This document shows positions 20,884 through 31,018 of a DNA stretch of 64,000 bases, piece after piece (within the stretch, counting starts at the first letter, position 1; each line of letters starts with the position of its first letter). Under the pieces are notes generated by a model. The model made no database searches. It saw only the letters and a list, made by a program, of their open reading frames with translations, and was not told the origin of the DNA. Source of the DNA: an uncultured Planctomycetota bacterium (lineage in GTDB: Bacteria; Planctomycetota; Planctomycetia; Isosphaerales; Isosphaeraceae); contig CAWGMQ010000003.1 of NCBI GenBank assembly GCA_963823665.1, forward strand, positions 352,001 through 416,000, written 5' to 3'. The position numbers and the translations under genes are program-made.

Positions 20884-21409
20884 GCGATTCCTCTCTCATC
20901 AGCTCGCCGAGGGCCTTTTTCGCTCGATTCAACTTCACTCCCACGTTGCTTTCGGAGATGCCCAGGACCTCGGCCATCTGGCGGTAGCCCAAGTCGTCGA
21001 GGTAGAGGAGGACCAGTGCCGCGTCGGTTCCGGGCAACTGACGAATGGCTGCGTAGAGACGATCGACCGCTTCACGCTGAACCATTTCCTGGGAGCTGTC
21101 CAACCCCGCGACCTGGAGGTCTTCCACTGCAAGAATCGGTTGCTGGCGAGCACGGCGCCGGTGTTCGTTGCGGTGCCAGGCGAGCGCGGTGTTCAGCGCC
21201 ACGCGGTAAAACCAGGTGGCCGGGCTGGCCCGACCCTGAAACTGCGGCAAGGAGCGCCAGACCTGGAGCAGGATTTCCTGGGCCAGGTCCTGGCAATCCT
21301 CGGTCGTCTTCGTGTAGGCGCGGGGCACCTTCAGGACTGCGCCCTCGTGCGCGACGAGCCAGCTCTTGAACAGCGACTCTAACTTTTCATCGGGCAATTT
21401 GGAGCTCAC
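20873..21409 (-). CDS. ECF RNA polymerase sigma factor
   Basis: DCQDLAQEILLQVW, TWFYRVALNTA, LYLDDLGYRQMAEVLGISESNVGVKLNRAK. Confidence 0.93.
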   Translation of the reverse strand: MSSKLPDEKLESLFKSWLVAHEGAVLKVPRAYTKTTEDCQDLAQEILLQVWRSLPQFQGRASPATWFYRVALNTALAWHRNEHRRRARQQPILAVEDLQVAGLDSSQEMVQREAVDRLYAAIRQLPGTDAALVLLYLDDLGYRQMAEVLGISESNVGVKLNRAKKALGELMREESHGS

Positions 21410-21485
21410 CTCCTGGAAGTATTGGTAGCCTCGAGCGAGCGTTTCTTACAAGAATAGTGTGCCCATGTACGAGTCGATCCCGAAC

Positions 21486-21538
21486 TGGGAGACCTGCGGT
21501 GTGGCGTCTGGGCGGGGTCGGAGACCCGCGCCCAACGG
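21486..21538 (+). repeat. REP-like element family 2 (GGAGACCT.CGGT...GGCGGGGTCGG.AGACCCGCGCC.AACGG)
   Basis: Closely related copy at 42512-42564 inside the large glycosyltransferase CDS. Confidence 0.75.
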
Positions 21539-21609
21539 CGAGGGCAGATCCGTTCGTGGTAGCGGCCGGATAAACCTGCCCCTGCGGAACGTTCGGAGGG
21601 CCAAGTGGA

Positions 21610-21993
21610 ATGCTGCGTCTTACGCTCGTCCCGATGACCGGCGCATTGGCTGTGTGCAAGTTGCCACATGACGTCCCGATTCCCGAGTGGGTCGTGGGCG
21701 GCTCTTTTTTCTCCATCACCCGCACGGCCGACGAGTTGTCTGTCGTCTGCGATCAAGTTGCCGTTCCTGAAGGCGTTCTATGCGAACGAGGCTGGCGTTG
21801 CCTTTGGGTCGGCGGGACGCTCGAGTTCTCACTCGTGGGCGTTCTCGCTTCGTTGGTCGGCCCACTGGCTGGAGCCGCAGTGAGCGTGTTTGTGCTATCG
21901 ACATTCGATACCGACTACGTGCTGGTGAAGGAGGAGGACTTTGGGCGAGCTGTTGAGGTGCTGGTGCGGGAGGGGCATTCGATTTTGGCGTGA
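21610..21993 (+). CDS. ACT domain protein (CASTOR/ACT_7-like)
   Basis: FFSITRTADELSVVC, LEFSLVGVLASL, VFVLSTFDTDYVLVK. Confidence 0.9.
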   Translation: MLRLTLVPMTGALAVCKLPHDVPIPEWVVGGSFFSITRTADELSVVCDQVAVPEGVLCERGWRCLWVGGTLEFSLVGVLASLVGPLAGAAVSVFVLSTFDTDYVLVKEEDFGRAVEVLVREGHSILA

Positions 21994-22063
21994 TCGCAGC
22001 GCCAAGTATTCCTGAATATCGGAAATCACGATGCGGCAATCGGGAGGCATCGGCGAGCTCGCG

Positions 22064-22110
22064 GCGGAGCGGCAACGGGGGCATTCCGACGCAGGGCGCC
22101 GGAATGAGGG
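22064..22110 (+). repeat. REP-like element family 5 (CGGAGCGGCA...CCGACGC.G.GC..CGGAA)
   Basis: Copies at 27169-27215 and 38156-38202; each lies just downstream of a plus-strand stop codon. Confidence 0.7.
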
Positions 22111-22172
22111 TAGGCTTTTCCGGTCGGAAAAGTGATCTCGTTGCGGTTCGCGCCCCGGCCTGGATCCAGGCT

Positions 22173-23039
22173 TCATCGCGATCGTCTGACGACGACGACG
22201 CGGAAGCCGATGTGGTCGGCACGGCGCTCCGGCTCGAATGGTACGCGGCAGGCTGACCGGCAGGGCCAGCCGTCGTCGCTCCAGGCGCCGCCTCGGCGTA
22301 CTCGCGACCCGTCGCCGGGCCCGTTTTGCGCGGCCATGGACCGCATGTCGTGCAGGTCGGGATCGATTCCGCCGGGCAGCCTGGCGTGGTACCAGTCGCG
22401 GCACCACTCGAAAGTGTTGCCGTGCATTTCGTGCAGGCCCCAGGGGTTCGGCGGGTAGCTTCCGACCTTCGCTGCCTTGCCGAGCGACGGACCCGGCGCG
22501 GCCCCGTTATAGGGTCTGCCCTTGAAGTTCGCCTGCTTGCTGCTCAGCTTGTCGCCGAACGCCGTGGCGGTTGTGGTTCCCGCCCGGCAGGCGTATTCCC
22601 ACTGCGCCTCGGTGGGCAGGCGGTATTCCCAGCCCTCGGGAAGCTCGTTCGATTTGTGTGCCAACTCGGTGAGCTTGTGGCAGAACGCCTCGGCCTCAGC
22701 GAAGTTGACGTTGCCGACGGGGTAGTCGTCGCCCTCGGGCAGCTCGGCAGTCAGCGGACCCGGCAGCTTTCCGACGATGCGTTTCCAGTCGCCCTGGGTG
22801 ACCTCGTACTTCCCGGTCCAGAATCCGTGCGTGAGCGTCACCTCGACCTGGTCTTCACCTGGCCGTCGCTCGGGCTCACCGGGCGGGCTTCCCATCGTGA
22901 ATTTGCCGGGCAGGCACCAGCAGAGCTTCACGCCGGCGATCGTGCGCTCCTCGCCGGGCTTCTTGCCTGAAAAGTCGTCGGGCACGGCGGCGAGGCTGGT
23001 GGCGCAAACGAACACGACGGCCAATCCGAGCATTTTCAT
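22173..23039 (-). CDS. Formylglycine-generating enzyme (SUMF1/FGE-sulfatase) family protein
   Basis: FTMGSP, YEVTQ, RLPTEAQWEYACRAG, PNPWGLHEMHGNTFEWC, RGGAW, IGFRV; signal peptide; GAGGAGG RBS. Confidence 0.92.
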   Translation of the reverse strand: MKMLGLAVVFVCATSLAAVPDDFSGKKPGEERTIAGVKLCWCLPGKFTMGSPPGEPERRPGEDQVEVTLTHGFWTGKYEVTQGDWKRIVGKLPGPLTAELPEGDDYPVGNVNFAEAEAFCHKLTELAHKSNELPEGWEYRLPTEAQWEYACRAGTTTATAFGDKLSSKQANFKGRPYNGAAPGPSLGKAAKVGSYPPNPWGLHEMHGNTFEWCRDWYHARLPGGIDPDLHDMRSMAAQNGPGDGSRVRRGGAWSDDGWPCRSACRVPFEPERRADHIGFRVVVVRRSR

Positions 23040-23242
23040 CGGCACCTCCTCAGACCAGCTTCGTCGCTCACGGCGCTTGTGGCAAGTGCGCAACAGCGGG
23101 CGGGCTGTTAGGTCTTACCTTGTGACTGAACGTGACCCCACTGACTGAATGCGGCTCGTGATTGAATTGTTGACTGTATTTCGTAAGCTGATCGTTGTGC
23201 TGCTTCCTTTCCATTTACCGGCGCGCTGGGTGTGAACTCGTC

Positions 23243-24864
23243 ATGTTATTCAGCCAACTGGCAGTGATAGCGGCCGTTGGGATCGCACCGGCATTCGCGA
23301 GCGCGGAAGCCCTTCACGCCCAAGCCGCCGAATTCTCGCCCGGCGAGCGGGTTGTGCAACGGTTCAAGGGCTTCACCCTTCTTATCGATAAAAAGCCCGT
23401 CGAAACCAGGAACGGGACTCGCATCTATCGCGTTCAGCGGATCGATGGCCCGTCGGTTCTGCTCAGTGCGGAGGGCGAAAAATTGAGCGGTTGGGCCAGT
23501 TCGGACTCGGTGGTTGCCGTCGGGCAAGCGATCGACTTCTTCAACAACGAGGTCGAAGCTCATCCTCTGGACCCCTTTCCCAGAGCAATGCGAGCGACAA
23601 TCCGGACAGATAAGAAGGATTATGAGAACGCCATCGTCGACTTCACGGAGGCGATCCGGCTCGATCCTGACTTTGCTCCCGCCTATTACAACCGTGCCGA
23701 TGTCTGGTACGAAAAGAAAGAGTACGAAAAGGCCATTGCTGATTGCCGCGATGCCATCCGCCTCGATCCGATCGACGCCAAAGCCTACTTTCTCCGAGGC
23801 TGCGTGTGGCGTGCAAAGAAGGAATACGACAAGGCCATCGGCGATTTCAACCAGGCCATCCGCCGCGATCGGAAAAATGCCAATTACTTCGACTGGCAGG
23901 GAAATTGCCGGCGCGAGACGAAGGAATACGATATGGCCATCGCTGACTTCGATACGGCCATTCGCCTCGATCCTGGGTTTGCCTCGGCTTACACGAATCG
24001 CGGGCTAGCTTGGGATGACAAAGGGGACTTCGATAAAGCCATCGAGGATCACAACGCCGCGCTCCGGCTCTTTCTTCGAACAGAGGAGGTTTACAATAAC
24101 CGGAGCCTCGCCTGGAACGGAAAGGGGGACTACGACCGGGCGATCGCTGATTACGAGCAAGCCATAGCGCTTAATCAAGAATTTGCCCCGGCTTACTCGA
24201 ACCGCGGCAACGTGCGGTACGCAAAGGCGGAGTTCGCCAAAGCTCGCGCCGATTATAACCAGGCTATCCGACTGGATCCCGTGGGCACCGACGCCTACAT
24301 CCGTCGCGGCATAGTCTGGTTCAGCGAGGCGGAGTACGACAAGGCGATTGCCGATCTCGACCAGGGAATCCGGATCAACCCGACGATGGCGCTCGCCTAT
24401 GAATCTCGGGGGATTGCGTGGTTTTGCAAGAAAGAATATGACAAGGCGATTGCGGACCAAAACGAGGCGATCCGACTCGATCCCAAGGATGCCCGGAACT
24501 ACTCCGGCCGCGGCCTCGCGTGGAACGAGAAGAAGGAATATGACAAGGCGATCGCCGATTTCAACGACGCCATTCGGCTCGATCCGCAATACGCCCACGT
24601 TTACAACCGCCGCGCGTGGCTCTGGGCCACTTGCGTCGACGGCAAGTATCGGCCACGCGGGCGTGCGAAATAGCAAACTGGGCGGAAGCATCCTACATCG
24701 ACACGCTCGCTGCGGCTCATGCCGAATGCGGGGAGTTTGACTCGGCCGTGAAGTGGCAAACAAAAGCGAACGCGCTCTTTTCCGATACCACCGAAAAGAG
24801 TACCGGCGAGGTCAGGCTCACGCTTTATCGAGACAAGAAGCCGTACCGCGAGGTAATCCGTTGA
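23243..24864 (+). CDS. Tetratricopeptide repeat protein (frameshift near 24655)
   Basis: About 11 regular KEYDKAIADFNxAIRLDP repeats; C-terminus ATRACEIANW-DTLAAAHAECGEF in the next frame. Confidence 0.9.
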
Positions 24865-25343
24865 TTCGAATCCGGGTGTGCGACTCGGCGACGATCGTGC
24901 AAAACTGGAGCAGCCTCGGTGTGAGGATGCCGATCAGCACGAGCAAGAATGGGATGTGCATGTGCTGCGATTCGGAAGCCGGGGGGTGCGATCAGGAAGG
25001 TTGCTGCGCTCCGCAGGGCGAGTGCGTTTCCGATTATGCTTCTGCGGAGGGCGGTACGTCCGGCATTGGGCACGGACTGTCGTTTCCTCGGGACGGCGAA
25101 CGCGCGCGCGGCTCGGCAGGAGCCTCGCAATCCGGTGATGGCGACGTCTGGTCGCGCCGGCACGATGTTGAACGTAGGCTCCGACCTCGTGGGAAATCAA
25201 ACCGATTCGACGGGACGGACCTGGTTGCAACTCATTTCCTTGCCGTTCGAGTGCTCAGCGGATTCAATGGAGGGACGGCAACGCGACTGCGCGGTCGGTG
25301 TCCCGCAGCAGGCCTGGCGGCAACGACGAACTGGGGACCGAGC

Positions 25344-27123
25344 ATGATGAGAAGACGGCTGCGGACGAGTGTGGTCTTGATGTTCACTTCGATCGCTCTC
25401 GCGCCGGGGGCGCACGGGCGTGCGGAGACCACTTCGGCGGTCCAGGACGAGACGAAGAAGCTTCACGCGCTCTTTGATGAGGAGTGGCAATGGACGCTGC
25501 GGGAGTATCCGGAGGTGGCGACCCGCATTGGCGACCAGCGGTACAACGACAGGCTGACGGATCTGGCGGCCGCCGCGCTCGAGGCACGTAAGGCGCACAA
25601 ACGCGATTTGCTCAAACGCATTCGAGAAATCGATCGCGGCAGCCTGAAGGGCCAGGACGTTCTCTCGTTCGACCTGTTTCTGAGAGAAACCGAGCAGAGT
25701 GTCGCGTTCCAGCGGTTTCCTTCGGAATACATGGCCATCTCGCAGATGGGGGGCGTGCACCTCAGCATCCCCGAGCTGCCGCGAGTGGCACCCTTGCGGA
25801 GCGTCAAGAATTACGACGATTTCCTTGCCCGGCTCGAAGCGTATCCACGGCAGGTTGACCAGGTGATTGAACTCTTGAAACGCGGAATTGACACCGGGTG
25901 GGTGCCGCCGGAAGTGGCGCTGCGCAAAGTTCCTCCGCAGCTCGCGAAGCAGTTGGCCCAGGATGTCAAACAGTGCTCGCTATACAAGCCATTTGAGAGC
26001 TTTCCCGAAGCCATCGGCCCGGCTGATCGCGTACGACTGGAAGCCCGAGCTCTTGAGACAATCAATAGATCAATTGTTCCGGCGCTCAAGCGTCTGAATC
26101 AGTTCATCGCCGAAACTTATCTTCCCGCCTGCCGGAAGGATATCGCCGCGACGCGGCTGCCGGACGGAGCGGCCTACTATCAGGCGCAAATCCGGATCTA
26201 TACGACCACGGACCTTTCGGCGCGCGCGATTCACGAGACCGGCACGAAGGAAGTGAAACGAATCCGCGCTGAGATGGACGCCGCGATCAAGGAGACGGGG
26301 TTCAAGGGATCGTTCCCCGAGTTTTTGAACTTGCTGCGAACTGACCCGCGGTTTGCGAAGATCGAACCGGACCAGGTGCTGCCCGGATTTCGGGATATCG
26401 CGAAACGGGTTGATCCCGAGCTTCCCAAGCTGTTCGCCGAATTGCCTCGCACGCCGTATGGAATCCGGGAAATACCCGCTTATCAAGGAGAGACTGCCGA
26501 ACATTACACACGGCCTGCCGCGGACGGCTCGCGAGCTGGTTATTTCAACGCGAACGTGCTGAAGGGGGCGACCCGGCGCAAGTATGAGATGGAGGCGCTA
26601 CTGTTGCACGAGGCCGTGCCTGGCCATCACTTGCAGGTCGCCCGCGCCCAAGAGCTCAAGGAGCTACCCGAGTTCCGTCGAACCGGCTCGTACAGCGCTT
26701 ATAGCGAGGGGTGGGGGTTGTACGCCGAAAGCCTGGGTGAAGAGCTTGGACTTTACAAGGACCCGTACTCGAAGTTCGGCCGGCTGAGCTTCGAAATCCA
26801 CCGTGCCTGCCGACTGGTCGTCGACACGGGCATGCATGCGATGGGCTGGTCCCGGGAACAAGCAGTCGATTACCTGAAAGAGAACAGTGGATTATCCGAG
26901 AGTTTCATCGAGGCGGAGATCGACCGGTACATCGTCTGGCCGGGCCAAGCGCTCGCGTACAAGATCGGTGAGCTGAAGATCAAGGAGCTGCGCCAGAGCG
27001 GAGAAAGCGCTGGGAACGAAGTTCGACGTCCGGAAGTTTCATAATGCGCTGATCGACGATGGGCCGATGCCGCTGGATCTGCTTGAACGGCGAATCGACG
27101 AGTGGATCAAGGCGCAGCGTTGA
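25344..27123 (+). CDS. DUF885 family secreted protein (frameshift near 26995)
   Basis: Signal peptide; LHEAVPGHHLQ, AYSEGWGLYAE, RACRLVVDTGMH, PGQALAYKIG, FDVRKFHNAL. Confidence 0.92.
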
Positions 27124-27510
27124 GACGGCGGACGGAGGTCGACAAGGGAGTGCCTCAGTGAGATCGCCGCGGAGCGGCAGTAGGGCCGTTCCGACGCGGT
27201 GCATCGGAATCAGGGGAAAACCGCGGTGACCGGGCCTTGGCGACATCTTCGTTCCGCGACGGTCGCTCGTCGTATCACCAGGCCACGCCGGAACATAGCG
27301 CGGTTGGCCCCTCGCGTCAGGGCGTTTTCGTGAACCGCGGTCGCGTACGTAAGAACTCCCACTCCGGCGCTCACGCGCACTGGTGCAGCTTTGCTCACGG
27401 TTAATAGTTCCGATCCTTGGCGGCACGAAATCGTCAGGCTGAAGACTAACGTACAAAGCCGATGGCGCCACGCCGGATTGACGGTGCGGAACAATCCCGG
27501 AACCTAGGCA

Positions 27511-27559
27511 TTGACCCCCAGAACGGGTTGTTTAGAATAGTGGACTGACTGGTCAGTCC
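27511..27559 (+). promoter_or_regulatory. Sigma70-like promoter TTGACC-N16-TAGAAT with downstream operator GGACTGAC-TG-GTCAGTCC
   Basis: Palindrome with 8-bp arms at 27542-27559, over the expected start site upstream of tetR. Confidence 0.7.
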
Positions 27560-27582
27560 GGTTTTGTCAAAGTAGGGATTCG

Positions 27583-28245
27583 ATGAACGAATTGTCGGTG
27601 AAGAAATCGCGGCGGTGTACAGACGAGGAGATGCTGGCGTTTCGGGAGGAGATTCTCGAGACGGCGACGGCGCTCTTTGCCGAACAGGGGTTTTCTGACG
27701 CGGTGACGCAGGCGCTGGCGGGGAAACTGCAGGTGGGCAAAGGGACTATCTACCGGCACTTCGCCAGCAAGCGCGAACTTTTTCTGGCCGCGGCCGATCG
27801 GGTGATGCGGAAGCTGCAAGAGCGAGTCGAGACCAACATCGTCGGGATCACCGACGGGTTCGAGCGGATCACCAGGGCGGTTGCGGCGTTTCTGGCGTTC
27901 TTCGCGGAGCATCCTCAGTACGTCGAGCTGCTGATCCAGGAGAGAGCGTACTTCAAGGACCGGCAGCGTCCGACCTATTTCGAGCACCGCGAGATCAACA
28001 TTGAGCGCTGGCGGCAGGTATATCGCGAGCTGATCGCCGCGGGACGCGTGCGGGAAATGCCAGCCGACCGCATCACCAACGTTGTGAGCAACATGCTTTA
28101 TGGAATCATGGTCACCAACTTCTTCAACGGCCAGGCCAAGCCGTCGGACGTGCAGGCCAGAGAGTTGCTCGACGTCGTGTTTTGCGGGATCTTGACCGAG
28201 CCGGAGCGGCGCGTCCGCGAGGCGCCGGCGAAGGATTTAACGTGA
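27583..28245 (+). CDS. TetR/AcrR family regulator of the RND operon
   Basis: ILETATALFAEQGF...GKGTIYRHFASKRELF. Confidence 0.92.
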   Translation: MNELSVKKSRRCTDEEMLAFREEILETATALFAEQGFSDAVTQALAGKLQVGKGTIYRHFASKRELFLAAADRVMRKLQERVETNIVGITDGFERITRAVAAFLAFFAEHPQYVELLIQERAYFKDRQRPTYFEHREINIERWRQVYRELIAAGRVREMPADRITNVVSNMLYGIMVTNFFNGQAKPSDVQARELLDVVFCGILTEPERRVREAPAKDLT

Positions 28246-28288
28246 TCCCTGCCGCGCCGCCCTAGACCACCCAGTACGACGAAACAAC

Positions 28289-28354
28289 GACCGAATTGTC
28301 AGGCTGAAGCCTGACCTACCAAGACCGAATCGTCAGGCTGAAAGCCGGAACTAC
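28289..28354 (+). repeat. Tandem REP-like pair, family 6 (GTCAGGCTGAAGCCTGAC)
   Basis: Two direct copies at 28289-28319 and 28323-28354; a third related copy at 27433-27454. Confidence 0.7.
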
Positions 28355-28391
28355 GCAACAGTCTTCCGAGATATATGAGGCGCGACCAACC

Positions 28392-31006
28392 ATGAATCGA
28401 GCCCGCTTGCTGCTCCGAACCCGATCTCGAGCTCGGTCGCTGCTCTTTTTCCTGCCGATCCTGGCGAGCGCGGCGGCAACAGGCTGCCAGAAGGCGCAAG
28501 CCGATCGAAGCGCTTTCGCCAAGGCCGACACGATCGCGGCGTACGACTTGCCGGTTACACGCACCATCACCGACTACGCACAGTTTCCAGGCCAGACTGA
28601 CGCGATCATCTCCGTGCCCGTGACGTCGCGCGTTACCGGATACATGACGGAGGTCCATTTCAAAGACGGCGACATGATCAAGGAAGGAGCCCTGCTGTTC
28701 AAGATTGACGACCGCCAGTACAAAGCCGATCTCGAGCGCAACGAGGGGAACAAGGACCAGATCGAGGCACATACAAATCGGCTCGAGAAAGAGTATCGAC
28801 GAGCCAAGACGTTGCTCGCTCGCGGGCAGATCAGTCAGGAAGAGCACGATCGCTATGAATCGGACTTCAGGGAAACCGAAGCGAACCTCAAGCTGGCCAA
28901 GGCCAACTACGACCTTTCGAAACTCAATTACGAGTGGTGTGAAGTGCGGGCGAGCGCGTCGGGACGGCTCTCCCGGCGGATGGTCGACCCTGGAAATCTG
29001 GTGAAGGCGGACGACACGGTCCTCACGTCGATCGTCAGCCTCGATCCGATGTATGTGTATTTCTTCGTGAACGAGCAGGTGATGAAACAGATCCGGCAAC
29101 GGCTCGAGCAGCAGGCCGCCGCGGCCGCAGCCTCGCTCAAAGAAGTTCCGGTGCAGATCAGCTTTTCCGATGAAGGGGATGACGAGTTTCCGCACCGGGG
29201 CATCGTCGACTTCACCGACAACAAGGAAGTCAACGAGAGCCGCACGCTGCGGTTCAGGGCCAAGCTCGACAACAAGGACCATTTCATCGTACCCGGCATG
29301 GTTGTGCGGGTGCGACTGCCGATCGGGGAGCCGCATCCGGCGGTCTTCATCCGGGAGCGTGCGCTCGTGACCGACCAGGGAGAGAAGGGCGTCTACGTCA
29401 TCCGTGAACGCGACGAACAGGGAAAACCGTTCCCGAACGACGTGGACACGAAGGGACAATTGGTCTTCAACGACCAGAAGGCGCTTGTGCAGCGCGCGTT
29501 CTGGTTGAAGGTTGGCAACCCCGGCGTGCCGCATGACGGGCTCGTGGAGATCAAGGAAGGCGTGCGGGCGGGCGACTGGGTGGTGGTCAGCGGGATGCAG
29601 CGTCTCAAGAACGACAAGATGGTGCAGGCGGAAAAGTACTCGCAAAGCGGTCCGGCGAGCAAGCCGACGCCAGAGACAGCCGCCAAGACAGCACCGACGG
29701 CCAAACAACAAACAAAGCAGACACAGCCAGCGTCTCCATTCGGGCCGCAGGAGACGTTTGTGGCTTACGACCTGCCGATCGAGGAGACGGTCCAGGACTC
29801 GGAGCGAATCGAGGGAGGGTGCGAAGCGATCTTCTCGGTCGACGTGATGTCACGGGTGTCGGGTTATATGACTGAAGTCAAATTCAAGGACGGCGAACTC
29901 GTCAAAGCGGGCGACCTTCTCGTCAAGATCGACTCCCGGCAGTACAAAGCCGAGCTCGACCGGGCCGAAGGCAACCTGCAGCAGTTGCAGGCCCACAAGG
30001 TGCGCCTCGAGAAGGAGTATCACCGGGCCAAGAACCTGAGCGAACGCGGGTCGATCAGTCCCGAAGAGTTCGATCGATATGAGTCCGACTTCAGGGAGAC
30101 CGAGGCGAGCGTGAAGGTTTCCAAGGCCAATCGCGACTTAGCCCAGCTCAACTACGACTGGTGCGAAGTGCGGGCGAGCACGACGGGCAGGCTGAGCCGG
30201 CGAATGGTCGACCCTGGAAGCCTGGTCAAGGCAGATTCGTCGGTCCTCACGTCGATCGTGAGCCTCGACCCGATCTACGTCTATTTCGACGTCCACGAGC
30301 TGACGATGCTGCGGATCAAGCACTTGATCCAAGCGGGAAAGATGAGCGCGCGCTCGTTGCGCGGGATTCCAGTCGACATCAGCCTTGCCGATCGATGGGG
30401 ACGACAAGTTTGATCACCGGGGCATCGTCGACTTCACCGACAACAGGGTTGATTACAACCGAGGCACGCTGGCGTTCCGGGCCAAGCTCGAGAACAAGGA
30501 CCATTTGCTGAACCACGGGCTGTTTGTGAGGGTTCGGCTGCCGATCGGCGATGCCCATCGGGCGGTGATGATTCGCGAACGGGCGCTGGTCAGCGAGCAC
30601 AAACTCATCAACGGCGTCCAGGTGCGCGAGAAGGGTGTCTATGTGCTCGTGGATCGGGACGAGAAAGGACAACCGATCAAGGACTCCGGAGACGCCAAAG
30701 GACACGCCGCCACCACGTCGCCGGGTCGTCTGGCAGGAGATCGGCAACCCCGGCGTGGTGCGCGACCGGTTCGTGGAGATCGAACGCGGAGTGCGTCCAG
30801 GCGACTGGGTGGTGGTCAGCGGCATGCAACGACTCAAGAATGACAGGGAGCAAATGGTGAAGGCGGAGAAGTTTGTTGAAGAAACTCCGGTTGAAGAGAG
30901 CACCGGAACAGCGAAACCGACCGCCCCAGCCGAGGTTGAAAACAGCGGCAGAGAGTCACGAGTGATCGATCGAAAACCTTCCCCTTGTCTCGTCCAGACC
31001 AGGTAG
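28392..31006 (+). CDS. RND periplasmic adaptor lipoprotein with two complete MFP modules in tandem (frameshifts near 30400 and 30705)
   Basis: Lipobox ATGC; two copies of AYDLP...SRV(T/S)GYMTEV.FKDG...WCEVRAS..GRLSRRMVDPG...GDWVVVSGMQRLKND; the junction lies inside one open 673-aa frame. Confidence 0.88.
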
Positions 31007-31018
31007 CGAGCCCCCACC

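Noticed and set aside
24927..25140. Cys-rich peptide MCMCCDSEAGGCDQEGCCAPQGEC in frame upstream of DUF885, metallothionein-like
   Set aside because: It runs through a REP and has no stop of its own, and DUF885 has its own signal-peptide start at 25344; probably a chance open frame
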